This document shows, piece by piece, positions 27,833 through 40,179 of a stretch of DNA of 64,000 nucleotides. Both the position numbers and the translations under genes were made by a program. Within the stretch, counting starts at the first letter, position 1, and every line of letters starts with the position of its first letter. Under the pieces are notes generated by a model, which saw only the letters and a list, made by a program, of their open reading frames with translations, was not told the DNA's origin and did not search any database. Source of the stretch: Chiloscyllium plagiosum (Eukaryota); assembly GCF_004010195.1 (NCBI RefSeq), contig NC_057711.1, positions 72,633,226 through 72,697,225 on the forward strand, written 5' to 3'.

Positions 27833-28362
27833 AAATAATGATGTGAAGAAGGCATATTAAAAAAAGAGGCAGATGGCCTTAAATGGGTTGAGTGTATGAA
27901 GTATAATGTGAACATGTGTATTTGTTTACTTTGGCAGGAAGAATATAAGAACAGTGTATTGTTTAAATGGAGAAAAACTGCAGAATTATAAGGTGCAAAG
28001 GAATTTAGGTTTTCTGGTGCATGAATCACAAAAATGTTTATCTGTATATAGTACATAATTATAAAGGTTAATGGGATGCTAAATGTTATTGCATGAGAAA
28101 TTGAACATAAAAGTAAGGATACCACACTTTAGTTATATAGGTTATTAGTGTGACCACATTTGAATACTGTGTGCAGTTTTGGTCTCCTTATTTAAGGAAC
28201 GATGTAAGTACATTGGAGATCATTCAGAAGTGGTTCACTAGATTGATACCTGGATGAGGAGGTATCCTTATGAGAAAAGATTAGATCAGCTGGGTCTATT
28301 TCCTTGATTGTAGTGTGCAAGATCTTGAATGATCTTGGCAAGGAGAACATTAAAAGGATATA

Positions 28363-28536
28363 TAAAGGAACTTCGATTCTGCAAAGGACATGGACAAGAA
28401 GTGTTTCGGTAGGTAAATCGAATTCCGGATAATCGAATGTCAGATAACATAGTTTAGCCGAGCATCGGGACACTGTGATCTTACCGGATAATCCAACATT
28501 CAGATAATCAAATGCCAGATAATCCAAGTTCCTCTG
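28363..28536. mobile_element. Tc1/mariner (Tigger-like) MITE
   Basis: Imperfect TIRs aggaacttcgatt / aatccaagttcct flanked by TA; internal gataatc subrepeats; interrupts a CR1. Confidence 0.6.
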
Positions 28537-29310
28537 TATCCACTTGTATATAAGTAGATTGGGAGACATTACTTTTAGATTAGGGTCACCCTTTAAGAAC
28601 AGGAGGAGAATTTTTTTTTGTCTGAGGTGTTGTGTGACTTTGAAGTTCTCTACCTCAGAAGACAGCAGAGGTGGATCATGGAATTCTTTTTTAAGACAGA
28701 GTTTTATTCTGAAGAAGTGTCATTGAACTTGTAAAGTTAACTCTGCTCCTCTCTCTACACATTTGCTGCCAGACCTGCTGAGCTTCTCCAGCAATTTCTG
28801 TTTTGGATAGGTTCTTGTTAGACAGGGGAATTGATAGTTATTATTATGGTTACTCTCGATGTCTAGCATTTGGTAAGATAGGAAGCTGCATATTAATGAG
28901 ACAAGATGTGCTGTTAATAAGGTATTAAACAAGCAAAAATTTCCTTAATTGGCAATTCACTGCTGCTTAATGAGAAACTTGTCACGACCCTCGCAGTTAC
29001 ATGAAAGTTGATTCTAATGCCAAGTTAGGCCGTGCTAAGCTTCTCACATGATTCTCCCATTCTTCTGCCATTGCTAATGTCATTCAGGCACCTATAAGAT
29101 TCCTCCTGAGGAGTCTGCAAAGGGATTATAGATAGGTTAATGAGTGGCAAATACGTTAAGCTGTTGGAGTACAATGTGAGAAAATGTGAACTTGACCATT
29201 TTAGTGGAGAAAATAAAATTCAGCATATTATTTAAATGGGGAAAGACTATAGAACTCTGAGGTACAAAAGGACTTGTATCTTCTATTATATAAAAAACAA
29301 AATATTAATA

Positions 29311-29528
29311 CAGTCAGTTCTGATGTAATGCAATAGTTCAGTTCTTGTGCAACCCTGCATGATAAGAAAATCACATAACAGCAGCACCTTTTAAACTAAT
29401 GGGGCCGGAATCACGTTATAGCCAATACAGGTAAGGAAATTTTGTGATCTACAAATAACGGCAAAATTCTTCAATCACGATGTAGCCAATTTGCATTGAA
29501 GGAACACGCTTTAAAGCAAAACTGACTG
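29311..29528. mobile_element. Tc1/mariner (Tigger-like) MITE
   Basis: TA-cagtcagttctg ... caaaactgactg-TA terminal inverted repeats; interrupts a CR1. Confidence 0.78.
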
Positions 29529-30724
29529 TAAGTAGTTGCAGCATGTGATCAGGGAAGCAAATGGTATATTGTCATTTAGTGCAAGGGAAATGGAATAAAC
29601 AAGTTGAGATGTTTTGCTACAGTTGTTTAGGATATTGGTGAGACCATATCTGATATACTGTGTACAGTTTTTATCTCTTTATTTAGTGAGAATATAGTTG
29701 CAGCAGTATTGAGAAGGTTCATTTGACTGATTCCTGGGATGAGGAGGCTTATCCTGTGAGGAGGGTTGTGCCAAAAGAATTTGGATGAATCTGAGGCAAT
29801 CTTCTTGAAACATAAAAGCTCCTGAGGGGGCTTGACAAGGTAGCCACTGAAAGGATATTTCCCCTTGTGGGAGAGTCTAGAACTACAGGACACAGATTCA
29901 ACATAAGGGATCACCCTTCTGAGATGGAAATGAGGAGAATCTTTTTCTCTTCGAGCATTGTAAATCTGTAGAAATCTCTTCCCCAGAGATCAATGGAGGA
30001 AGGTCATTGAATATTTTTATGACAGCAGTGGATAGATTCTTGGGTAACAAGCGAGTGAAAGGCTATTAAGATAGGCAGAAAGTGGAGTTGAAGCCACCAT
30101 CAAATCAGCCATTATCATAATGAATGGTGGAGCAGGCTCAAAGGGCTGAATGGTCTACTTCTGTTCATAATTTGTGATGATTTGAGAACAAGAATAGAGA
30201 GTTTTGGCTGCAATTATATAGGGACCTCAAAGGAATATTGTGTACCATTTGGGTCTCCATATGTAAGGAAGGCTGCACAGCAAAGATGCACAACACGGTC
30301 GCTGGGGTGAGAGTGATACCCTAGATTGAGAAGTTGAATAAGTTTGGCCTGTATTCTCTGAAGTTCAGAAGAATGATATGTGATCTCATTCAAACATACA
30401 AGATTCTGAAAGAGCTGGACAAAATAGACACTAACAATTTGTATGGCTGGGGAATCTAAAATATGGCAGCATAGTCTCAGGATAAGGGGTTGATCATTTA
30501 GGATTGAGAGAAGCAGAAATTATTTCATTCAGTGGGTTGTAAATCTTTGGAATTCTTGAACTCAGAGAATCATGAATTCCCCATCATTAAATTGAAGACC
30601 TGGGATAGACATATTTTTCGCCTCTTAGGGAATCAAGAGCAAGTGGGGAACTGAAGTCGAAGCCCAAGAACATCCATGATAGTAATGAATAACAGAGTAG
30701 GCTTGACAGGCTGTATAATCAATA

Positions 30725-31100
30725 AGGCTGCATCCGAGGAGAGGAGAATGGATGTTTTGGGAAAGAGCCCATCATCAGGAATAAGGCTTGTGATCCGATG
30801 GGGTAGAGAGATAAATGGGAGGGGGGCTGGTGGGGCTGAGAGTGTCATAGGTGAATGGAGGTGGAGTAATGCTGCTATCTCTGAGAGGAGGGTGGAACGG
30901 ATAGCTGGGGAGGAAGATGGACAGGTCATGAAGGCAGTGCTGAATTAGAAGGTTGGAACTGGGTTAAGGTTATTCCTGATGAAGGGCTTATGCCTGAAAT
31001 GTCGATTCTCCTGCTCCTCCGATGTTGTCTGACCTGCTGTGCTTTTCCAGCACCACATTCTCAACTCTGATCTCCAGCATCTGCAGTCCTCACTTTCTTC
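30725..31100. mobile_element. PLE pLTR fold-back insertion
   Basis: Minus arm 30725-30970 and plus arm 30972-31100 with CTGATGA...GAAA at 30976; tataatcaa on both flanks. Confidence 0.75.
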
Positions 31101-32946
31101 AAACTATATAATCAACTACTGCTCTGCATTTCTATGCTCTTATCAACACTACACTACCGTACTCACATAACTTACAATAAATTATTATATTTCTGATGGC
31201 AATTCTAACTAAAGTGGTAATCTCCACAGGTCAAAGGCAGGAAATGCTATAGTAGGTATTTTACGCACTGTCTTCCAATGTGTGTCCATATTCTATATGG
31301 CACAAATCAGATGTATGATGAAATACTTGGTTGGATAAGTGCGGTTAATAAATACCTTTGCCAACGCGTGACAGTAATGGAGGGAGTGAATGTATAAGGT
31401 GGCAATCAAGCAGCCTGCTTTGCTTTGGATTTACAATTCCAGCTCAATAACTGACCATGCAGAATTTCAGGGCCACAGCATCACGTTCTAATGTGCTTCA
31501 AACCTCTGAAAATAATTTTGAAAGAATCAATAAAATCAGCCTCTGTTGCAGCAGCTCAATAAAACCTACCGTGTAAATCACATTACAGTGACACATTTGG
31601 TGCAATTTGTGCCACGATCATTACAAGTGACAGGTCTTAACCCTGATGGGCCAGGAATTATTGTAAAATAATAAATTAAATGAGATCAGTAGTGGCCCCA
31701 TCTACTCACCACACACAATGCATAACACTCAGCAGTAGCAATTGGAAATATCATCCTGCCATGTGATAAGTTATTCATTCGGGCATTGTTCTATTTCTTG
31801 AAACATATGCGCATGCCTTGTTAAATAAATGTGCTTGTTTTATCTCAATGTGAGGCTGCTGTTCTTTTGCAATATTTGCTGCAAGTACAAAGTGGACAAT
31901 TTTCCCTAAAGCTGAAAAATAGCAGCACTTCCTGTTCTTGAAATTTGGGAAATGTGTGGAAATGAGGTAAAACAGTTCCATGAGTTGCAGTAAATCCTTA
32001 GGTGATTATTTTTTCCCACGATTATAACGTTTTTGCATTAATGTGACTTCTTGATAAGGGGCCTCACATGAAAAATAATTTGGTGAATTCTGATGCACAA
32101 TGGGGCACTGAGTTGATAGATCTGTGTAAAATGTGTATTTTAATATAGTTGTTAGCTTGTCCAAAATAAAATAAAGAGGCCAGTGTCTTTTTAGACTGTG
32201 TGCAATTTCAAATAAACTCATTTAAGTGATGCATTGCAGAGGAAAGATAACCTGTAATTGTTTTGTGATTCAATATAAGGGATCGCAACCTTCTAACCAA
32301 TATCATGAAGCAGAGTTGGCTTTTAAATTTTTCATAAACTGTGACCAGACTGTGTCTTCAGTATGAATATTGCAGTACATATGACACAATGAGTCAAAAA
32401 CTGGTTTTCCCAAGTACTTAGACCATAAGATGCAGGTGCAGAAATAGATCTTCCAGACCACAGAATGTGATTGGCCATTCAATGAAATCATGGTTACACT
32501 GATTATCCTCAACTCCATTTCCTGCCATTTCTTTATAGCTCAGAATTCCTACACTAAATTGAAACATCTGTCTATCTCAGCTTTGAATATTCTTAACAAG
32601 CCAGCCTTGACAACTCTCTGTGGAATGTTAGTATTGCCCTCTACTGTGAAGATTAATACAAACTATTTATTTAGCTCCTCTGTCATTTCCTGGATCCCCA
32701 TTATTTTTTCTGCTGTCTCATTGTCTAAGGGGTCTATTTCACTTTTACCTCTATCTTATTTTTGCATTTTTGAAGAAGCCCTTACTGTCCATTTTTATAT
32801 TACCTGCCCTCATAATTTATTTAATCCAGTCATTTTTATTGTTTTAGTCATGTTTTGTTGACTTTTAAATATTTCCCAATCCCCTGATGTGCCACTAATC
32901 TTTACCACTTTGTATCTTTTTCTCTTTCAATTTACAAACTAACCCA

Positions 32947-33240
32947 CGGCACGGTGGCTCAGTGGTTAGCACTGCTGCCTCACAGCGCCAGAGATCCAAG
33001 TTCAATTCCTGTCTCAGGCAACTGACTGTGTGGAGTTTGCACATTCTTCCCGTGTCTGTGTGGGTTTCCTCTGGGTGCTCTGGTTTCCTCCCACTGTCCA
33101 GAAATGTGCAGGTTAGGTGAATTGACCATGCTAAATTGCCCGTAGTGTTTGGTGTAGGGGAATGGGTCTGGGTGGGTTGCTCTTTGGGGGGTTGGTGTGG
33201 ACTTGTTGGGCTGCAGGGCCTGTTTCCACACTGTAAGTAA
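32947..33240 (+). mobile_element. HE1-like SINE
   Basis: ggcacggtggctcagtggttagcactg head; core and tail match. Confidence 0.9.
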
Positions 33241-33259
33241 TTTTAAAAAAAACTAATCA

Positions 33260-34250
33260 AGCAAAGTTGTCATGACTTGATGAAAGGGATGTCTGACTAA
33301 TTTATTAGAGATTTTTCAGGACGTCTCAACAAAAGTAGGAATGGGGTAACAGTAACAGTAAATGTGTCATATTTGGATTTGCAGAGGGTGTTTAACAAGG
33401 TACCTCAGAAAAGATTAAGTCGTAAGATATGAGTCAAAAAGTGTGGTGCTGGAAAAGCACTGCTGCTCAGGCAGCATCCGAGGAGTAGGAGAGTCGATGT
33501 TTCGAGCTTGAGCTCTTCATCAATCACTGTCTCCAAATTTGTAGAAAACACAAAAATAGGTGAAAATGCAAGTTGCAAGAAGGATATAAAGAGTTTACAG
33601 AGAGATAGCGATAGGTTAGGTAAGTGGGCAAGAAGTTGACAAATGGAGTAGAATGTGGAAAAATATGAAGTTGTTCATTTTGAAAGGGAGAACCAAAAAA
33701 ACAGTATTATTTAAATGGAGAAAAACTACAGAAAGATGCTACACAAAGGGATTTAGGGTTACTTGTGCCTGAAACATAGAAAGCTAGCACATAGGTGCAG
33801 TGGGTAATCAGAAAGGCTAATTGAATGTCTGCCCTTATTTCAAGGATTTTGGAGTATAAGAGAAGGGAAATCTTGCTGCAACTTTCTTATCAGACCACAT
33901 CTGAGGCATTTCAGAATAGGTACACTCCAATGATCCTCGGTATGAAGGGATTGTCTGAGGAGAATCGACTAAATAGGTGGGACTTTACTCACTGCCGTCT
34001 AGAAGAGTTAGAGATGATCTCATTCAAACATATAAAATTCTTAAGGAGCTTGACAGGGTAAATGCTGAGCAGATAGTTCGCAGCATGTGAGAGTCTGGGA
34101 TCAGAAGGCATAGTCCCAGACTAAAGGGGCAATTTAAGATTAAGATGAGGAGGAATTTCTTCTCTCAAAGCGTTGTGAGTCTTTAAAACATCTTGCCACA
34201 GCAAGCTGTGGGGGCAGGATCCTTGTGTATTTTTAAGTCGGAGATTATAT
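33260..34250 (+). mobile_element. Old CR1 RT/3' fragment (PLE terminus nested at 33430-33520)
   Basis: Decayed YLDF..FNKVP and KF..TKIG motifs. Confidence 0.7.
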
Positions 34251-34255
34251 CAGAA

Positions 34256-34550
34256 TTAGATTAGATTAGATTCCTTACAGTGTGGAAACGGGCCCTTCAG
34301 CCCAACAAGTCCACACTGACCCTCCGAAGAGTAACCCACCCAGTCCCATTTCCCTCTGACTAATGCACCTAATACTATGGACAATTTAGCATGGCCAATT
34401 CACCTAACCTGCACATCTTTGGACTGTGGGAGGAAACCCACACAGACACGGGGAGGATGTGCAAACTCCACACAGATAGTCGCCAAGGCTTGAATTGAAC
34501 CTGGGACCCTGGTGCTGTGAGACAGCAGTGCTAACCACTGTGCCACCATG
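34256..34550 (-). mobile_element. HE1-like SINE
   Basis: ttaga-repeat tail, core and tRNA head. Confidence 0.88.
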
Positions 34551-35927
34551 TTTTATTGTCAGGGCTGGAGGAGCACAGTGAAACACACACACAAAGTCAC
34601 CATTCTCCAGTGTCATCTTAGGTATAAAAAAAAATCAGAATTAACAGGATAAACCATCTTAGATACAAAATCAAAACAACCATTTTAGTTACAAAAAGCA
34701 GATCTAAAAACTAACAGAAATACAAGAAATGAAGCCAAGAAGAAAGGGAAACATTGACTTCTTAAAGTCTTATCTTACTAAAGTAAGTGGGCCCCTAATT
34801 CCTGAAGCTCCACAGATGCATGTTTTATCACTAGGGGAATCCAGGGTTACAAGGAAAATGCAGGAACATGGATGCGAGGAATGTAGTTTCATCCATGATC
34901 CTATTGAATGACAGAGCAGGCTCAAGGAGTGAAGTGGCCTACTCTTTGTTCCTAATTCTTGTGAACTTATGCTCTTCTACTTTACTCAACTTCCTTGGTT
35001 AACAATGATTAGTTTATTCTCTTCTGAGGCTGTTTTTGCCTCACCAGGATATAAATTTTGTTGTGAGTCATGAACCATTTTCTTAAATGTTTGCCAATGT
35101 TCATCAATCATCTTTTATGCTAAACACCCTTCCCGATCCACCTTAGCCAACTCTATCTCATTCCTTTGTAATTATCCTTAGTCAAGTTTCTGACCCCTGT
35201 TTCTCACCCTCAAACTAAACTCTACCAAATTATGGTCAATGTTTCTAAGGTGATATTTTCTTTGAAATCATTTATTAAATCTGACTCATTATACATTATC
35301 AGAAAAGGCGTAGTGTATTGAAGACTCTTTCAGGTAAGGAACGGCACTCATATTTCTGAGACGAGGAATTTGTTTAGATCAGTATCTGCATTCAAATATA
35401 CAACATTGGTCATTTTTTGGATGTCCTGAATGCATAAAGATCTTTATGTCATTTAGATGATTAATATCACTTCAGAAATAACTCAGAATTGGAACAATTT
35501 CCCTATCAGCCATTCAGAGGTAAATTCATTGCTAAGTGTGGAATAATTGACACATGGAAAATTCCAAGTTTGACCTTGATCTATGCTGAGTTAATTATGG
35601 CTGTTTCCAATAATAAAAAGAGTACTGATGTTACAACAAAATCAAAAATTGCGGGTGAAACTCAACAGATCTAATAGCATAGGAGAAAGTGAGGACTGCA
35701 GATGCTGGAGATCAGAGTTGAGAGTGTGGTGCTGGAAAAGCACAGCAGGTCAGGCAGCATCTGAGGAGCAGGACAATCAATGTTTCGGGCATAACCCCTT
35801 AACAGTGGAACCAACGTTTTGGGCATGACAGCATCTATGGAGAGAAAACAGAGATAAAGTTTCAAGTCCAGTGATACTTCTTCAGAACGGTGATACTAGA
35901 ATTGGCCACCAGATCTCAAGGTTGGAA

Positions 35928-36462
35928 TGAGAATGTGTATAGGATATAAGCAGGCAGGGAAAGAGTTAAGTTTGGGGTTTTGTGAAACAAGACTCAGATC
36001 AGATAAGAATTTACACTTAACAATGAGGTGCTGGAGGCAAGGGTAATGGGTTAACAAGGTGGAAAACAGTCATTATGTAGAGCCATTTGACAATATTGGA
36101 AACATTCAGTATGCAAGGTCAGCCAACATGTGAAAACCATCCATTGTATGAATCCAGTTAGCAAGGTTAAGGACATTCATTGTATAACAGTAAAGGGCTT
36201 GGTCTCTGCTATTGATAGTCGTCGATTGTAATGGTCACCCAATCAATATGTATGTTGCTTTATCTGGATGTATCCTCCCTGTAAATGACTATATAGTTCA
36301 TTGAGAAACTGTTGTTCGAGAAGAGACTGGGAACACATATCTTTGCGCACATGGGTGATCATTCTCTCTCTCTCTCTCTCTCCCCAAGGCCTGGAAAAAA
36401 GGAAGGTAAAACTACAGTGTCTCTGAATGTTTTGCTTTGACTGAAGGGGGAATGAGACGACA
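35928..36462 (+). repeat. 5' LTR
   Basis: tgagaatgtgtatagg...gagacgaca; aligns along its length to 43837-44379; TATA-like gactatatag. Confidence 0.93.
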
Positions 36463-36466
36463 ATAT

Positions 36467-36484
36467 TGGCGTAGTCGGCAGGAT
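36467..36484 (+). promoter_or_regulatory. Primer-binding site, tRNA-Ser
   Basis: TGGCGTAGTCGGCAGGAT is the reverse complement of the vertebrate tRNA-Ser 3' end ATCCTGCCGACTACG-CCA; lies 4 nt after the LTR. Confidence 0.93.
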
Positions 36485-36762
36485 CCAAACAAATGGTTAC
36501 AATTGGACAGTGTCAACAGCTGCCCAGATTGTCGGTGTCTTGAGGTGGATGGGTCCACAAGGTAAGATTTTAAACCTTGATTGCTCTTGATATTCCTGTG
36601 TGCCAGAAACAGCCCCCTTGTTTGCTCGTTCTCTATTCTACAGATTCCTCCAACGGTAATTAGTTCAGTTGAGGGACACAGTTTCGCAAGCACACTGGCA
36701 GGCAGAGGTTCGGGTCCTCTGTGCAGTACTGGGGTTCCAGTCTACAGGGTGGGTTGATTTGA

Positions 36763-36919
36763 GGTTCGAGCTTTCTGTGTTTAAGTGAGCTTCGAGTTCT
36801 CTGTGGTTAAAGCGAGGTACGAGCTCTCCGTGTTTCATTGGGGTTTGGGTTTTCTGTGTTCAATTGGGATTTGAGTTTTCTGTGTTTAATTGGGGTTCAT
36901 CTTTTCTGTGTTTAAGTGG
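36763..36919 (+). repeat. ~26-bp tandem array (6 units) in the proviral leader
   Basis: Units resemble ggttcgagytttctgtgtttaaktgg; a further diverged unit lies near 36707. Confidence 0.85.
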
Positions 36920-36975
36920 GAATCGATTTGTGGTATCATTGTTAAATTTAAAACAGTTAAAGTACCTTTAGGGAA

Positions 36976-38923
36976 ATGGGACAGACACTTGATAAATCAG
37001 GTCTTTCGTCCCCATTCGGAAAAATTTGTCGTGATAATCCTCATGATGAGTTAAATTATCATAGATTGAGCGCCTGACTGAACAAATTTTTGGGAAATGA
37101 ACAATGACTACTGGGGGAGCTGGGATCTCGATAAATGTTCAAAAGTGAAGGCGGAGGTGCGGAAGTCTAATATTTTGCAAAAATTGGAGGATTTAATTAT
37201 TAACTGGAGAACAGTGGCCATTCGAATAAATGAAAAATTTAGTGGGGACACACCACTAAACATAAAAATATTCTTAATAATGATGTTAAAGGGAAAACCT
37301 GTCATTGGGAGGTTTCGAAGACATTATGTGAAATGTATGATCTTACATGAAAATCTGCTGAAGATGAAAGTGAGAAAGTATCTCTCAGGCACCACTGGAC
37401 ATGTCTGGACTCCAGGTTTTATTTAATAGTGAGGAAGATACTGACGAAAATTGTTTACCCCATAACCCTCTACAGCACTGATAGCAAACCTTTACCCCCA
37501 ACCTGAATCACCTCCACCCTACAATCAGTCCCAGACCCCGCAAAGCTCCGCCACTAATTTTCCCCAAACTCCTCCCACCTGGCCTTAGAGACTCCACCCA
37601 ATAATGCTATTACCCCAGTCACATACACTGATCCCGTGTGTTGCCAGACTCGCAGTCGTTCTAATTGTGGTAAATCAAAATTGAAGCCTATTCCTAACAT
37701 CCTCCGTGGAAGCCAGAGCGGGTCCCGGAAATCTCAACAAAACATGTATTTGACTGGGTGCCCAGATCTTGATTCCATGAGAAGTGCACCCAAATCTGAC
37801 CCTGAGCCTGACTTCCCCATGAGTACTAATGCTACGACGAATTGCCCCGATAGCAGGTTCCACTGCCCAGAACCTGAAATACCGCACCAACAGTTTCGAC
37901 TGCACCAAGTACCTAATCCAGACCACAATGCTGTTGCTCAAAGGTCCACAATCTCTATCTATACCCCGTGGAACCACAGGAAGTGTGGATGATTATGAAT
38001 CATGCCCCAGACAAAAAGGCCCGGCCCAAAGATTTTATTGAACGTCTCATGAGTACTATCTGAATCTACAAAGTCACACCCCGGGACCTTCTTAGTCTCT
38101 GTTACATGACAGTCACCTCTGGCAAACGTGAAAAATGGCAAGAGTTTTTGGACAACCGTGTAACGTGGAAGGCCTTTGCTGCCGCCCTCCTGAGAGAAAA
38201 TGATCAGACAGATGCAATCCGAAATGCCCTGCGCCGCACCCTTCAAAAACCTTACAAAAATTCTAAACAGTAAAGCTAAGAAAGATGAAAATGGTCCAGA
38301 CTCTTACAACAGGTTCTGTTCCACTTTTGCCACCTATGCTGGCAATACCTCCTTTAATGCGGGTAACATTTCCGCCCAGTTCAATGCACTCTTAATGCAT
38401 TGTCTCCCTGACAAAATAGGTAAATCCATTTAGAGTCATAGTCACAGAGATGTACAGCATGCATCAGACTCTTCGGTCCAACTCGTCCATATCCCAACCC
38501 AATCTAGTCCCTCCTGCCAGCACCCGGCCCATATTCCTCCAAACCCTTCGTATTCACATACCCATCCTTTTAAATCTTGCAATTGTACGAGCCTCCTCCA
38601 CTTCCTCTGGCAGCTCATTCCACACATGTACCACCCTCTGCGTGAAAAAGTTGCCCCTAAACCTATGCCCTCTAGTTCTGGATTCCTCCTCCCCAGGGAA
38701 AAAAAAACGTTGTCTACTTACCCTATCCATGCTCCTCATGATTTTATAAACCCCTGTAAGATCACCCCTCAGCCTCCGACGCTCCAGCCCCAGCCTATTC
38801 AACCTCTTCCTATAGCTCAAATCCTCCAACCCTGGCAACATCCTTGTAAAACCTTTCTGACAGACCCAGGCAGAACCCAACCACCATACCCCTTTCTCCA
38901 CCCACAAACCGTTCTCTCACTGA
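36976..38923 (+). pseudogene. gag: gag remnant (MA, proline-rich late-domain region, CA)
   Basis: MGQTLDKS start; GSWD in MA; PPPY at 37511-37522; IYTPW near 37960; MHR-like KILNSKAKKDENGPDSYNRF (ORF 38200..38433); many stops and frameshifts. Confidence 0.85.
38432..38860 (-). mobile_element. CR1 3' fragment inserted in gag
   Basis: ORF 38554..38907 FTRMLPGLEDLSY...RRLRGDL; tail at 38432. Confidence 0.9.
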
Positions 38924-38989
38924 CTGGCATTTGACAGACAAGGCCCCTCTCTAGAATGCAGAGATTTTCCCATCCACACCTCCTGTTCT

Positions 38990-39283
38990 GAGGAGGAGCC
39001 ATCCTTTACCTTTGGGTCGAGTCTGCCCACTTACCCTTCCCCTTTGACACCGGTGCTATATCCTCTACACTAGACGTCGACTTCTGCTCACAGTACCAAT
39101 TCTCCTCAACTGATGAAAAACTGCTCCTCTCGGGCCTTTCCTCCCAAGTCCATGAATTCCCCTTGAACTCTAAACTCACGGTTCGTTATGGGCAACAGAG
39201 TTCCCTTAATCAGTTGATGGTCACTCTCTCTCTGGGCCTCAACCTTGCTGGTGGAGACATTCTTTGCCATTTAAATCTATCAG
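38990..39283 (+). pseudogene. pro: Retroviral aspartic protease remnant
   Basis: ILYLWVESAHLPFPFDTGAISSTL (DTG at 39046-39054) and NLAGGDIL (equivalent to the GRD-L motif). Confidence 0.85.
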
Positions 39284-40098
39284 GAGGAGAAAGTGAGGTC
39301 TGCAGATGCTGGAGATCAGAGCTGAAAATGTGTTGCTGGAAAAGCGCAGCAGGTCAGGCAGCATCCAGGGAACAGGAGAATCGACGTTTCGGGCATAAGC
39401 CCTTCTTCAGGAATGAGGAAAGTTTGTCCAGCAGGCTAAGATAAAAGTTGGGAGGAGGGACTTGGGGGAGGGGCGTCAGAAATGTGATAGGTGGAAAGAG
39501 GTCAAGGTGAGGGTGATAGGTCAGACTGGGGGGGGGGCGGAGAGGTCGGGAAGAAGATTGCAGGTTAGGAAGGCGGTGCTGAAATTGTAAAAACCGTACC
39601 CTTGTTTGTTGTCCCAAATTGCAATACCTCGCATTTATCCAGATTGAACTCCATTTGCTATTTTTTCAGCCCATTTAGAAGATAAGACCTAGGAGCAGAA
39701 GTCATCCATCGGCCCTTCGGTCCTGCTCTGCCATTCAATAAATTCATGGTTGATCTTTTCATGGACTCGGCTCCACTTACTGCGCTCTCACTGTATCCCT
39801 TAAATTTTTTATTGTTCAAAAGATTCTACCTTAGCTTTAAAAATGTTTACTGAAGTAGCATCAATTACTTCACTGGGCAGGGAATTCTATGGATTAACAA
39901 CCCTCTGGGTGAAGAAGTTCCTTTCCAATCAGTCGTAAATCTGCTCCCTCTAATCTTGAGGCTATGTCCTCTTGTCCCAGTTTCACCTGCCACTGAAAAC
40001 ATCCCTGGTGGCGGTTGGGGGGGCGGGGCTCAAGGGCGGAGGAGCAGGAAGTGGAAGAGATGCGGTGGAGGGCATCGTCGACCACGTCGGGGGGGGAA
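39284..40098 (-). mobile_element. Chimeric PLE/CR1 insertion in pol, 15-bp target duplication
   Basis: atttaaatctatcag at 39269-39283 and 40099-40113; PLE 3' end 39284-39580, CR1 pieces about 39590-39990, PLE coding piece (VDDALHRISSTS) to 40098. Confidence 0.85.
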
Positions 40099-40179
40099 AT
40101 TTAAATCTATCAGTCACTCGTGCGGATGGGGGAATTAGTATTTCTAGTATTACTGACCATCGCGCCCATTGGGTACATA

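Larger units (their letters stand above)
25560..30720 (+). mobile_element. Cluster of old nested CR1 fragments
   Basis: Repeated decayed CR1 motifs (tatttaaatggagaaaaact, tactgtgtgcagttttggtctcc, gaatggtggagcaggctcaaagggctgaatgg). Confidence 0.7.

Noticed and set aside
36763..36919. CRISPR-like periodic array
   Set aside because: Units are adjacent with no unique spacers, there are no cas genes, and the context is a vertebrate provirus
39163..39444. Recurrent peptides such as MCCWKSAAGQAAS and MPETSILL in many ORFs
   Set aside because: Incidental translations of the non-coding PLE terminal repeat, not a gene family
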